From Nitrospinota bacterium (GTDB taxonomy: Bacteria > Nitrospinota > Nitrospinia > JACRGO01), in assembly GCA_016212295.1 (NCBI GenBank), contig JACRGO010000181.1, positions 232-64,231 of the forward strand: a DNA stretch of 64,000 nucleotides, in the 5' to 3' direction. How positions within the stretch are numbered: the stretch's first letter is position 1; each line of letters opens with the position of its first letter. The notes beneath the pieces were generated by a model. The model worked only from the letters and a program-made list of their open reading frames with translations, was not told the DNA's origin and did not search any database. Both the position numbers and the translations under genes were made by a program. Of this stretch, positions 54,996 to 64,000 are shown piece by piece.

Positions 54996-56065
54996 GTTAT
55001 TAGTTTGCTGGACGGGTCGCCTGGGGTGAAAAACGCCTTTGTTTCAGCGTAACTGGTAAGCGGCGATTTGGACAATGGGCCTGTCTTGGAGTGGCATACG
55101 ACGCATTTTTTGTCAAGGATGCCCTTTATATTCGCGATATAAGTCAAAACCTGGGCCGCGTTTCCACCGCCGCCCGCATTGCCGGAGTTATTCCCGCCAA
55201 TGGCGCTTCCCTGATTTATCTTCAGTTGGGCTTTATCATTGATAATCCAGCTTTTAAGGATTTCAGTCTCGGCAGGGGTCAGATAATAGCTCATTGAACC
55301 GCCCTTTTGGGTTTTTTTCAAGAGCTTGCTCCTGACGCTCCCGGGCTTGACGTACCTCATGACCTTGCCATAGTAATTAAGGGGCGACTTGCCCCTGGCA
55401 TGGCATTGGGTGCATTTCTGATCGAGGATTTTCTTTACGTGAGGATTATATGCATAGGAAGAACTTGTTTTATTGTTGCCTCCATTGCCGGCATTTCCCG
55501 CATTCCCGTTTCCAGGGCCTGCCACGGTGGCCTGATTATTTATGTAAACCCTGGCTAAGGATTTTCCTTCATGGCAACCTGTGGAATTGCATCCTCCGTA
55601 GGAAGGTTGTGTCGCCATTGCCGCAGTCCTGGAACCTTGCGTTATGGTTATGGCGTATGGGCCGTAAAAATTTTGTTTTGTATAAAAATTTCCAAGGCGG
55701 TCGGTTTCCATGGTGATTATTCCCTGGCTTGTCCGGGCGCTGACTATGGCCCCCTGCGCTGGAGCGCCCCCGCTTGGATTTGAGTAAACTGTCCCGGAAA
55801 GGGTGAAATGGTGGCAACTGGAGCAGTCCCGCCCAGGATTATGGGTCCCATCATCCCCATTGCTACTTTCATGGCCGTCATCATGATCGCCGCCATCCTC
55901 GCCAAAATCTTCCCTATCGCCGCCTTCGTCATCGCCGCGCATGAAAATATTTTCCGTTTTACTGGAGTTCGATGAGGCATGGGCGGCATCAATGGCATAA
56001 ACAATAAGGAAAGCAATGGCCGCCAATATTATTGATGCGATTTTAAATCTGTTTTTGCTTGGCAT
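54965..56065 (-). CDS. secreted multihaem c-type cytochrome with CarboxypepD_reg-like domain and two class-I cytochrome c-like repeats
   Basis: Signal peptide. CXXCH motifs CSSCH, CTQCH and CVVCH, plus an atypical CNSTGCH. Ig-like block TLSGTVYSNPSGGAPAQGAIVSARTSQGIITMETDRLGNFYT. Gly/Asn-rich linkers. Its 3' end overlaps the kinase remnant. Confidence 0.65.
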   Translation of the reverse strand: MPSKNRFKIASIILAAIAFLIVYAIDAAHASSNSSKTENIFMRGDDEGGDREDFGEDGGDHDDGHESSNGDDGTHNPGRDCSSCHHFTLSGTVYSNPSGGAPAQGAIVSARTSQGIITMETDRLGNFYTKQNFYGPYAITITQGSRTAAMATQPSYGGCNSTGCHEGKSLARVYINNQATVAGPGNGNAGNAGNGGNNKTSSSYAYNPHVKKILDQKCTQCHARGKSPLNYYGKVMRYVKPGSVRSKLLKKTQKGGSMSYYLTPAETEILKSWIINDKAQLKINQGSAIGGNNSGNAGGGGNAAQVLTYIANIKGILDKKCVVCHSKTGPLSKSPLTSYAETKAFFTPGDPSSKLITGIRQEILSG

Positions 56066-56343
56066 GGGTCATCTCCTTGAAAATTTTTACCCCTCACCCT
56101 CTTATTACGCAACATGCATACCATTGCTTACGAAAAATTTAGATTTTGGTTTGTTCCTTTAAAATCAAGGAATTAGGCCGTGCCGCCGCAACAGGGCTGA
56201 TTCGCGGACTGTTACCATGAGAGACACTTACGGGGAAAAGACTGGTTAAGGCAAGGCTGATTGCAGGCTGATTTGCTATGAAGAAACGAAAAAAGCCGAT
56301 GGCCCTATAAAGATCCATCGGCTTTTTCATGAAGGCGGGCTGA

Positions 56344-56970
56344 CTACATTTCACTGATCTTGACAACGCCATAATAAGCAGCGTCATTGGTTGATATGGC
56401 GTCTCCATTTCCGGCAATCAAGCCGTAATAAAACGTGACAGTTCCGGTCCCAACCGCCGGCGCTGTCCATTTAAAGGACCATGAAGAAACTTTGGTTTTA
56501 TTGTTGTGCGTATTTTCAATCAACTGAATTTTTTTCCTTGTGTCGGAATCCGTGTCATAATAAGCCAAACTGAATTTCCCTTTTATAAATTTTCCGGCGC
56601 TGTTGCCATTGGGATCACGAGCGGACATCTGGAAGCCATTTATATTGCCGGGTTTCGGGACGGAGATGGCCAGGTTGTACGTTTTCCCCGGTGAATATTT
56701 TACAAATTTTTTTCGTCCATCCTTCAACTGAAGATTTTTCAATATTCCTTTTGACTTATTGCTGCTCTTGGTATGGCAAGTGGCATTGGTCGCGCAGGTT
56801 CCAGCGGAGGCAACAGAGCCGTCCACTATTTTATTCCACAGGATTCCCTTTGGGTCTGATGTTTTTTTTTGGGTAATGTTGTATGCCTCACCCTTATTCG
56901 ATGCCGCGAAAAACAATACCGCTCCCAAAACCAATGAAACCATCCCTTTTACATTATTACGCTTGTCCAT
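56344..56970 (-). CDS. secreted hypothetical protein with CX5CH motif
   Basis: Signal peptide MDKRNNVKGMVSLVLGAVLFFAA (ATG at 56970, RBS ggaga). CATNATCH motif. Predicted beta-rich. Confidence 0.45.
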   Translation of the reverse strand: MDKRNNVKGMVSLVLGAVLFFAASNKGEAYNITQKKTSDPKGILWNKIVDGSVASAGTCATNATCHTKSSNKSKGILKNLQLKDGRKKFVKYSPGKTYNLAISVPKPGNINGFQMSARDPNGNSAGKFIKGKFSLAYYDTDSDTRKKIQLIENTHNNKTKVSSWSFKWTAPAVGTGTVTFYYGLIAGNGDAISTNDAAYYGVVKISEM

Positions 56971-57171
56971 GCCATTCTCCAAGGTTGATAAATTTTGATT
57001 CTTATAAAATGAGGGAGCAAGCATCATGCCAATCACCATAGCTACTGTATGCAAGGCGTCAAAAATAAATACAGGTGAAAAATGACCTGCATGAAGACAA
57101 ATTATGTTCCTCTTCTGAACATAAAAAAATTTGTACTTATGAAACTTGCCTATTGCCAATGCCGCCAGGAT

Positions 57172-58353
57172 TTATCGCGCTTCGCTGTCCGCCTCGGATT
57201 TTTGAGCGCGCAGAATAAGAAAGCCCGCCACGCCCTTCGACAGAGAACCGGTCAAAACGGCGATCTTGGAATTCTGGATGAGTCCGGTATCGTCGAAAGC
57301 CAGGAGCGTGATGAAGATCGACATGGTAAACCCGATGCCGCCCAGGAAACCAGCGCCCGCGATATGCGGCCAGCAGACGCCGTTCGGCAGCCGTGACAGG
57401 CCCGACTTGACGGCCAAAAACGTGAAACCGGCAATACCCAACGGCTTGCCGAGAAACAGCCCGGCTAAAATTCCCAAGCTGTTCGGGGACGCCAGGGCCT
57501 TGATCCAGCCGTCTGTCAGAACAACGCCTGTGTTCGCCAGCGCGAAAAGCGGCATGACCAGGAAGGAGACCGGTTTATGCAGGAAATGTTGCAACCGGTA
57601 GGAAGGCGACTCTTCATCCCCTCGCCCGAAGGGAACGGCAAAGGCCAGGATCACACCCGTTATCGTCGCGTGAATGCCTGATTCCAGCATGAAATACCAC
57701 ATGGCAATGCCTGGAACAAGGTAAAAGGACAACCGGCGCGCGCGAAGGCGGTTCAATAGGAGCAAGCCCGCGAATATTCCCAAGGCCAGAAAGAGATGCG
57801 CGGGAGAAAAATCCTTCACGTAAAACAAGCCAATAATGATGATCGCGCCCAGGTCGTCGATGATGGCCAAGGCGGCGAGGAAAATCTTCAGCGAAACCGG
57901 GACCCTGGCGCCCAGCAGGGAAAGCGCCCCAAGGGCGAAGGCGATATCCGTGGCCATGGGGATGCCCGCGCCCCCTTGGGTCTCGCCGCCGTAATTGAGT
58001 GAAAAATGCAGCAGGGCCGGGACCGCCATGCCGCCGATGGCGGCTACGACCGGCAATAACGCATTCCTAGGGTCGGACAGCTCGCCGACATACAATTCCC
58101 TCTCGATTTCCAAGCCGATCAGCAGAAAGAAAATCGTCATCAACCCTTCGTTGATCCAGGACTCCACGCTATGCCTGAAATGAAAATTCCCGATTTCCAT
58201 GCCCGCCTCGATGCGCCAAAAATCCAGAAAACCTACTCCCCACGGAGAATTGGCAATGGCGATCGCGGTTATAGCGCACAGAATCAAGATAACCCCGGAA
58301 GCTTGCTCGCTTTCAGTAAACTCTAGGAATAGTTTTGTCAGCTTGGTTTTCAA
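57172..58353 (-). CDS. nhaA: Na+/H+ antiporter NhaA
   Basis: N-terminus ...ESEQASGVILILCAITAIAIANS matches the E. coli NhaA start. Conserved DDLGAIIIIGLFY region. TTG start. Confidence 0.88.
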   Translation of the reverse strand: MKTKLTKLFLEFTESEQASGVILILCAITAIAIANSPWGVGFLDFWRIEAGMEIGNFHFRHSVESWINEGLMTIFFLLIGLEIERELYVGELSDPRNALLPVVAAIGGMAVPALLHFSLNYGGETQGGAGIPMATDIAFALGALSLLGARVPVSLKIFLAALAIIDDLGAIIIIGLFYVKDFSPAHLFLALGIFAGLLLLNRLRARRLSFYLVPGIAMWYFMLESGIHATITGVILAFAVPFGRGDEESPSYRLQHFLHKPVSFLVMPLFALANTGVVLTDGWIKALASPNSLGILAGLFLGKPLGIAGFTFLAVKSGLSRLPNGVCWPHIAGAGFLGGIGFTMSIFITLLAFDDTGLIQNSKIAVLTGSLSKGVAGFLILRAQKSEADSEAR

Positions 58354-58418
58354 GACGTTCCTCCTTTAAAAAAGACCGCCAATTCCGGAGCTGCTTCGTT
58401 CATATCTTCTCCCTTCCA

Positions 58419-59651
58419 CTACAAAGCGCTGATTGGCACGGCATACATCCGGCCGCCAAAGGATAAAACCATTTCGCCGTCATAAAGAACGATGCCTGCT
58501 TTCCATGCTTTGCCCACGGCGGCCTGCAATTTTTTCAACCCCCTGAAATCCTTCTCAAAGACAGTGGCTGCCGCTTTAACCTCCACGGCGGCGATTCCGC
58601 CTCCACTCTGTTCCATCACGATATCAACTTCAATCTGATCCTTATCCCTGAAATGATAAAAACCGAGACGGGGCTCCGTCCAACTCGCCTGGCGGCGCAG
58701 TTCATTGTACGCATAGCTTTCCAGCAGATGTCCCAGCATAGCGCGATCCGAATCCAATTGTCCGGCTGTCACCCCCAACAGCGCCGCCGCCAGCCCCGTA
58801 TCCGTCATGTGTATTTTAGGCGCCTTTATCAGCCTCTTTCCCCTGTTGCCGCACCATGCGGGCAAAACATCCACCAAAAAAATGTTTTGCAGCAGGGAAA
58901 AATAGGAGGAAACGGTTTGCCGGCTGATCTGAAATGGGGCGGCAATTTCGCTCATGTTTAACAGTTGCGCGCTCTGTGCGGCCGCCAATTTAAGAATTTT
59001 AGGCATGGCGTCGAGACTGCTGATGCGCGCCAGGTCGCGTATATCTCTTTGCACCAATGTATCCAGATAATTGTGATACCACTGGCTTTTACGCCCTTCA
59101 CCCCTTCTCCGCAAAGGCTCAGGGAAACCACCGGCCACAACGCGGGCGGATAATCCGGCGCCCAGCCTGCCCGCGCAGCGAAACTCAAAATCATTTCGGA
59201 AAAGCCGAGACAGCAGCCCTGTTCCGGCATCTTCAATTTCGCAACGCGCCAGGGGGCGCAAATTCATGATCTCCATGCGCCCTGCCAGCGAATCGGCGAG
59301 TCTTGGGAGTAACAGCACATTGGCCGAACCAGTGAGGAGAAAACGGCCCGCCTTCCGGTTGCGGTCCACGGCATGTTTAATGGAACTGAAAAGTTCCGGC
59401 ACATGCTGAACCTCATCAAGAATCACCTTTTCATCAAGGCGGTCCACAAAGCCCACGGGATCAGTCCGGGCCGCCACAACCAGGTTGGCGTCATCGAAGG
59501 AGAGGTAGGTGTAGCCTCGTTGCTTCCCTATCTTTTGGGACAGCGTGGTTTTACCGCATTGGCGAGGGCCATGAATAAGCACCACCGGCGTATCGTCCAG
59601 CGCTTCTTCCAGCCGTGATTGCAAAAAACGTGGGTAATCGGTTTCACTCAT
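58419..59651 (-). CDS. AAA-family ATP-binding protein (AAA_14 + DUF4143-type)
   Basis: Walker A VLIHGPRQCGKTTL, Walker B ILDEVQ, and a C-terminal DUF4143-like region. Confidence 0.75.
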   Translation of the reverse strand: MSETDYPRFLQSRLEEALDDTPVVLIHGPRQCGKTTLSQKIGKQRGYTYLSFDDANLVVAARTDPVGFVDRLDEKVILDEVQHVPELFSSIKHAVDRNRKAGRFLLTGSANVLLLPRLADSLAGRMEIMNLRPLARCEIEDAGTGLLSRLFRNDFEFRCAGRLGAGLSARVVAGGFPEPLRRRGEGRKSQWYHNYLDTLVQRDIRDLARISSLDAMPKILKLAAAQSAQLLNMSEIAAPFQISRQTVSSYFSLLQNIFLVDVLPAWCGNRGKRLIKAPKIHMTDTGLAAALLGVTAGQLDSDRAMLGHLLESYAYNELRRQASWTEPRLGFYHFRDKDQIEVDIVMEQSGGGIAAVEVKAAATVFEKDFRGLKKLQAAVGKAWKAGIVLYDGEMVLSFGGRMYAVPISAL

Positions 59652-60061
59652 AGCGTCTGATAGTAAAACAGACAGCCGTCCAATTGCAAACTTTCATGGC
59701 GTCTGATTGTAAACTTAACTATCGTCTATTTGTAAATGCAACTGGAGGAGCGGCGGTTATTATTCGGCTCATTTCCAGTTTTCCGCTGCCTAAGAAAGGG
59801 GATATCCTGAAAGATGAAAGGAAATTTGTATCTATTCAGCGAGCCGCAAAGTTCGCAAAGGAAAACAGAGCAGGAAAAACCATTGCACACGGATTTTCAC
59901 GAAAAAAAAGATTCTCGCTGATCTTTCGTGGTTAAATCCGTGTTCATCCGCGCAGTTTCCGCGTTTATCCGCGTTCTATTTGTTTTTTAAGCTCTCTTGG
60001 CGTTCTCTGCGCCTCCGCGGTGAAAAGAGTTTTGCCGGTTTGGGTTTCAAGGCTTCTTCCT

Positions 60062-61534
60062 TCAAAAAAGCCCGGCGTTTACCCAGAGATGGCACCCGAT
60101 GCTGGCCGCGTAGCCCAGGACAATGGCCGGGGTCCATTGGAGATGGGAAAAAAATGTATAGCTCCCCTTGGTCTGGCCCATCAAGGCCACGCCGGCGGCG
60201 GAGCCGATGGAAAGGATGCTCCCGCCGACCCCGGCGGTGAGCGTGACCAGCAGCCACTGGCCCTGGGACATGTCCGGATCCATGGTCAGGACCGCGAACA
60301 TGATGGGGATATTGTCCACGATGGCGGAGAGAACTCCCACCATGACATTGGCGTAAGTCGGGCCCCACTCCACGTACATGACATGGGAGGCCAGGCCCAG
60401 GTATCCGATGAACCCCAACCCTCCCACGCACAGGATCACCCCGTAAAAAAACATGAGGGTGTCCCATTCGGACCTTGCCAGCTCGTTGAAGATATTGAAA
60501 GGGACGGCATCCTCCAGGGGACCGTCCGTGGCGCGTCTCCCGTAAACCGCGTCCCTGGAGTGGGTCGCCTTAAGATAATAAGCGAAAAATTTTAAATATC
60601 CCAGGCCGGTCATCATGCCCAATACCGGCGGGAGGCCCAGGAAATTATGGAAGCTGACCGCCGTGATGATCGTGCAAAGAAAGAGTCCCATGATGGCCCA
60701 GGCCCCGCGTTTCATGGGAACTATTTCCCCGGAGGCGGGCGGGGAGGCGTCCGGGACCGCGAAATGCATGAGGGCGGCGGGGACCAGGAAATTCACGACG
60801 GACGGAATAAAGAGGTTGAAAAAAGTCCAGAAGCCTATGATCCCCTTCTGCCAGACCATCAGGGTGGTGATGTCGCCGAAGGGACTAAAGGCGCCGCCCG
60901 CGTTGGCGGCCACCACGATGTTGATGCACGAGAGACCAACGAATTTGGGATTGTCCGCTCCCACGGCCATGACCACGGCGCACATGAGAAGGGCGGTGGT
61001 GAGGTTGTCCGCGAAGGGAGAGATGAAAAAGGCGAGGGTCCCGGTGATCCAGAACATCCGGCGGAAACCGAACCCCCTGCGCACTAGCCACGCGCGAAGC
61101 GCCTCGAAGGCCCGCCTCTCCTGCAAGGTGTTGATGTAGGTCATGGCCACGAGAAGAAAGAGGAAGAGCTCGGCGTATTCCAGAAGATTGTGCCGCGCCG
61201 CCTCCTCCGCCGCGTGCGACATCCCCCGCCCCGCGTAAACCGCGCCGATCATCCCCCAGATAAGGCCCGCGGCCAGGATGACCGGCTTGGATTTTCTGAG
61301 GTGGGTGAATTCCTCTGCCATGACCAGGCCATAGGCAAGGACAAACAGGGCCAGGGAAAAATACCCGACGCCGTGGGCGGTGAGGTCCAGGCGCTCAAGG
61401 CCTCCCCCGGAGGCCAGGACCGGCATGGGAAGGCACACGCAAACAAACAGGATAAAAGAGGCAACCAGAGCGGGTTTATTGATCAATCGTGCTAGCGCAG
61501 GACCTAACGCAGGATTTTTTCTGTTTATTTTCAC
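60062..61534 (-). CDS. nhaD: NhaD-type Na+/H+ antiporter (ArsB/NhaD permease superfamily)
   Basis: About 13 transmembrane segments. NhaD-like blocks FFISPFADNLTTALLM and SAIVDNIPIMFA. GTG start; the true start may be internal. Confidence 0.75.
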   Translation of the reverse strand: MKINRKNPALGPALARLINKPALVASFILFVCVCLPMPVLASGGGLERLDLTAHGVGYFSLALFVLAYGLVMAEEFTHLRKSKPVILAAGLIWGMIGAVYAGRGMSHAAEEAARHNLLEYAELFLFLLVAMTYINTLQERRAFEALRAWLVRRGFGFRRMFWITGTLAFFISPFADNLTTALLMCAVVMAVGADNPKFVGLSCINIVVAANAGGAFSPFGDITTLMVWQKGIIGFWTFFNLFIPSVVNFLVPAALMHFAVPDASPPASGEIVPMKRGAWAIMGLFLCTIITAVSFHNFLGLPPVLGMMTGLGYLKFFAYYLKATHSRDAVYGRRATDGPLEDAVPFNIFNELARSEWDTLMFFYGVILCVGGLGFIGYLGLASHVMYVEWGPTYANVMVGVLSAIVDNIPIMFAVLTMDPDMSQGQWLLVTLTAGVGGSILSIGSAAGVALMGQTKGSYTFFSHLQWTPAIVLGYAASIGCHLWVNAGLF

Positions 61535-61574
61535 TTGGAAATTCTCAAAGCGCTTTGAAACTACAGGATAGCCG

Positions 61575-62030
61575 TTAGATATTGAAATTTTCGATCCTTC
61601 GCTTTAAAGTATCATTGTAAGAGGGCTCTTCCGTAAGAAATTCGTGGATGGCTGAATAAGCTTTTTCTTTTAAAACCCTGGCCAAAATTTCATTGTCAAA
61701 GTCCATGTAGTCATGAATCATGGCGTTTCTAAGTCCAACGGCTTTAATCAAGGCGGTATATGTTTCCCTTGAAATCAACCCCATTTCGTGCATGAAATTA
61801 AAAACATCCCTGCCTCTTATCGGAACCACGGGACAATTATAATGCTTTAATATTTGCTTGCCCTTGCCAATGGCGTTTTCTATCAACACCTGCAAGGAAT
61901 TCTTGGCGGCCCTTAGTTGTATGGGGTCCAGTGAACCCTTATTCAAGCAAGCATCGGACAATTCATCCAAAACCTTTTTTTCTTCCCCCGCGATCTCATT
62001 TGTTTTGTTCAAATAATCGGCAAACCTCAT
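61575..62030 (-). CDS. hepT: HepT-family (DUF86) RNase toxin
   Basis: R-x4-H-x-Y motif (RNAMIHDY). Overlaps the upstream nucleotidyltransferase gene. Confidence 0.72.
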   Translation of the reverse strand: MRFADYLNKTNEIAGEEKKVLDELSDACLNKGSLDPIQLRAAKNSLQVLIENAIGKGKQILKHYNCPVVPIRGRDVFNFMHEMGLISRETYTALIKAVGLRNAMIHDYMDFDNEILARVLKEKAYSAIHEFLTEEPSYNDTLKRRIENFNI

Positions 62031-62364
62031 TTCCGTCCCCCTTTAAAACAACAAAGCTTTCTTTAATATTGTTCAATATAAGTTTGTCCGCGTTCTTTAG
62101 GTCAACAATATCCAGATCACATTCAGCAATTTCCAGAAGGCCGCTGATGTCGGCCCATGCCCTTGCCTGCATTCCCCATGTTTCCTCCGGCAATTCATCC
62201 ATTAAAAGGGCAAGGTCATAATCGCTTCTGGAGTCATCCTTTCCAATGGCCCTGGACCCAAAAAGCAAGGCAATTCTTACATAGGAAAGGCCGGCTAAAA
62301 CTTCCTTTAAACGTTCAATGCTTAATTTCCTGGTTTTCCCGAAAACTCGTTGTTTTAGCTCCAT
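61996..62364 (-). CDS. mntA: MntA-family minimal nucleotidyltransferase antitoxin
   Basis: GS-x10-D-x-D motif (GSRAIGKDDSRSDYDLAL). Confidence 0.72.
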   Translation of the reverse strand: MELKQRVFGKTRKLSIERLKEVLAGLSYVRIALLFGSRAIGKDDSRSDYDLALLMDELPEETWGMQARAWADISGLLEIAECDLDIVDLKNADKLILNNIKESFVVLKGDGNEVCRLFEQNK

Positions 62365-62370
62365 GATTAA

Positions 62371-62820
62371 TCACTTCAAAACCAATTCCTTTACCCTTCC
62401 ATCCACCATCTCCTTGGGGATGTAGCCGATCCCGCCATCATTTTCCGCCACGAAACCCAACACATCCGACGGTTTGTCCAATGCCTTTGGAGGAGAGCCT
62501 CTGCCGGAAAAAATTATCTTGACCCAGTATCTCTTTATTTTTTCAATGTCCTTGTCTAAAAATCGTTCGTAAAAATCCTTTTTAAGGCCGGAGGAATCCG
62601 TATAATCCACGGGCCTGATGGCCCCGTTTCCCTCGAAGTTGGTCATCTTCCCCATGTATATGGCCACTAACTGCGTTTGTGAAATTTCCTTCATGGGATT
62701 GGCGGGATTGACGATCACGGCCAATTCGGAACTCCACGCAGATGGAGGCTGAAAGCATGTCCACCAGGAAACAGTCAACAAAAGAAGGATTAAATTTCTG
62801 TTAGGATATCTCTGTGTCAT
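62371..62820 (-). CDS. small exported PBP-like (PstS-family-like) protein
   Basis: Signal peptide, then LAVIVNPANPMKEISQTQLVAIYMGKMTNFEG, which resembles the N-terminal lobe of phosphate-binding proteins. Only 149 aa. Confidence 0.45.
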   Translation of the reverse strand: MTQRYPNRNLILLLLTVSWWTCFQPPSAWSSELAVIVNPANPMKEISQTQLVAIYMGKMTNFEGNGAIRPVDYTDSSGLKKDFYERFLDKDIEKIKRYWVKIIFSGRGSPPKALDKPSDVLGFVAENDGGIGYIPKEMVDGRVKELVLK

Positions 62821-62979
62821 CGCATGAATTACTTAGTTAAATCAGCCGCCGCGGCCTTCATTAAAAAGCGTAACCGTTCACGGTTCAGGGTTCAGGGTTG
62901 AAAAATCGCCAAACACGGCAATGTAAGGGCGTTGATACAGGGTTTTCTAAAACCTGGAGCCCTGAACCGTGAACAGTTA

Positions 62980-64000
62980 CTAAAAAGCTATGGCCACTTG
63001 GCCCACGAACTCATTGTAGCGTCTCATGTTATTATAAACCTCGCTGTTGTCCCGTCCCCGGAGATGGCTGTGGAATTCCGCCTTTAGGAAGAGGCCGTCC
63101 ATGACCTTGAAATTGACGCCGACTCCGAGGTCGTGCCAATCATAATCCTCTTGTTCAAGGACATTCAGGTATTCATACTTTATATGGGGCGTAATCCTTC
63201 CAAGGAAGGTGTAGGACGCCTGGACGTAACTGGCCTGCTGTTCGATATTGCGTATCTTGGAATCAAAAAACTCTCCAGTCAAGTTGAAGTTGTCCCACTC
63301 AAAAGCCAAGGAAAATCCGTAGGAGGCATGTGTCTTGTCCAGGTTTTTTTTCACGGCTATATCGCCGTAGAAGACGGAAAACCCAAGGGTGAGGAAATCC
63401 CATGGAGTAAAAAGGACCCTGCCACCTAATGCCTTATTCGCATTGTCGTCAAATTCCGCCTCATTGGTTTGTCCGGTATTTTCCCCGTTGGCGATATAAA
63501 ACACGTAATCCAAGCCCATATCCTCGAATAGGAAAAAATTCCCCAAAACGCCGGCGCCGGTTGACCATTCCGGGAAGATGGCTTCTCCCCCCCGCTTCTG
63601 GGCCGAGTAAAGAGTCAGGGGGGCTTCCACCGTTAAAAGGGCGGGGGTGGCGTCGTGGATTTCATTTAAAAAACCATAAGGGGTCAGCATCTTTCCGGCC
63701 CTGATCTTAAAATAGTCGGCGAAGGCGTATTGCCCGAAGGCGTATTCCGTCACGATCCTTCCATTGTTGAACCCGATGGCGCTTTGGTCGAGTCCGTGTT
63801 CCATGCCGATCATGGCCGCGACCAATAATTTTTCGTTTACCGGGGCGTCCAAAACCAGATTGAAATGGTGGGCGTCAAAAGACCCGTTTTTATAGTTATG
63901 CTGTCCGCTCCAGTTTCTGTCCGCCTTGGTGTACTCCATGTCCAGGTAACCGTGAAAATGGACGTTGCCGAATTCAAAGGCATCGACAGTTCCAGGGAAC
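62980..64000 (-). CDS. outer-membrane beta-barrel porin (partial, N-terminus beyond window end)
   Basis: Alternating amphipathic beta-strands with a C-terminal ...QVAIAF Phe terminus. The reading frame stays open upstream of 63939 to the window edge. Possibly a phosphate-selective OprO/P-like porin given the adjacent PBP-like gene, but that is an inference. Confidence 0.55.
   Translation of the reverse strand, partial: FPGTVDAFEFGNVHFHGYLDMEYTKADRNWSGQHNYKNGSFDAHHFNLVLDAPVNEKLLVAAMIGMEHGLDQSAIGFNNGRIVTEYAFGQYAFADYFKIRAGKMLTPYGFLNEIHDATPALLTVEAPLTLYSAQKRGGEAIFPEWSTGAGVLGNFFLFEDMGLDYVFYIANGENTGQTNEAEFDDNANKALGGRVLFTPWDFLTLGFSVFYGDIAVKKNLDKTHASYGFSLAFEWDNFNLTGEFFDSKIRNIEQQASYVQASYTFLGRITPHIKYEYLNVLEQEDYDWHDLGVGVNFKVMDGLFLKAEFHSHLRGRDNSEVYNNMRRYNEFVGQVAIAF

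Noticed and set aside
60615-61139. Plus-strand ORFs (174 and 146 aa) opposite nhaD
   Set aside because: Antisense. Arg/Gly-rich.
1-64000. CRISPR array, rRNA, tRNA, integrase or transposase
   Set aside because: No regularly spaced direct repeats with unique spacers. No rRNA-like conserved blocks, no convincing cloverleaf, and no integrase or transposase motifs were seen. The many repeats are palindromic or tandem intergenic elements instead.

Overview
This 64 kb window looks like ordinary chromosomal DNA, probably from a Deltaproteobacteria/Desulfobacterota-like bacterium. It has about 50% GC and is densely coding on both strands. The lineage guess rests on the MglA/MglB module, the AhbA/B-like AsnC pair, the NhaD antiporter and the trehalose genes, and I cannot confirm it without a database search. 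Recognisable content, in order along the window: mnmE and pcm; an ECF sigma factor with a soluble zinc anti-sigma factor; pepA and apbE; a methyl-accepting chemotaxis protein; a phosphonate/phosphite ABC transporter (phnDCE) followed by a secreted lipoprotein carrying a CX5R tyrosine-phosphatase motif; a large membrane transporter fused to HEAT repeats and a cyclic-nucleotide-binding domain; an archaeal-type ATPase with winged helix and TPR repeats; a small-GTPase module (TPR-Roadblock, Roadblock, MglA, Roadblock) in which MglA is fused in frame to a SurA/PpiD-type chaperone-like domain; rseP, queH, hom-thrC; three type II toxin-antitoxin pairs (hicAB, vapBC, mntA-hepT) plus an orphan antitoxin; alaC-like aminotransferase; zapAB; the pstSCAB-phoU phosphate uptake operon; a PAS protein with a Cys4 tail; a large Cache/PAS hybrid histidine kinase and, 10 kb away, a mosaic truncated copy of that same gene; three Na+/H+ antiporters of different families (NhaP, NhaA, NhaD); a trehalose locus (5'-truncated treZ, treY, a treS-maltokinase fusion that carries a +1 frameshift); a secreted multihaem cytochrome c; and a partial outer-membrane porin at the window edge. 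The intergenic DNA is unusually rich in at least six families of short repeated or palindromic elements: G5/C5 double-hairpin elements, 'ctaaagt' palindromes, 'ccgcggagacgc' GC-hairpins, AT-rich tandem octamers, 'catccgtg' palindromes and AT-rich 'caaataa' palindromes. The pst operon has one of these in every intergenic spacer. I found no CRISPR array, no rRNA and no convincing tRNA. The best candidate for an undescribed system is the MglA-SurA-like fusion with its three Roadblock partners at 20.2-23.3 kb, possibly together with the neighbouring ATPase-TPR and transporter-HEAT-cNMP proteins.
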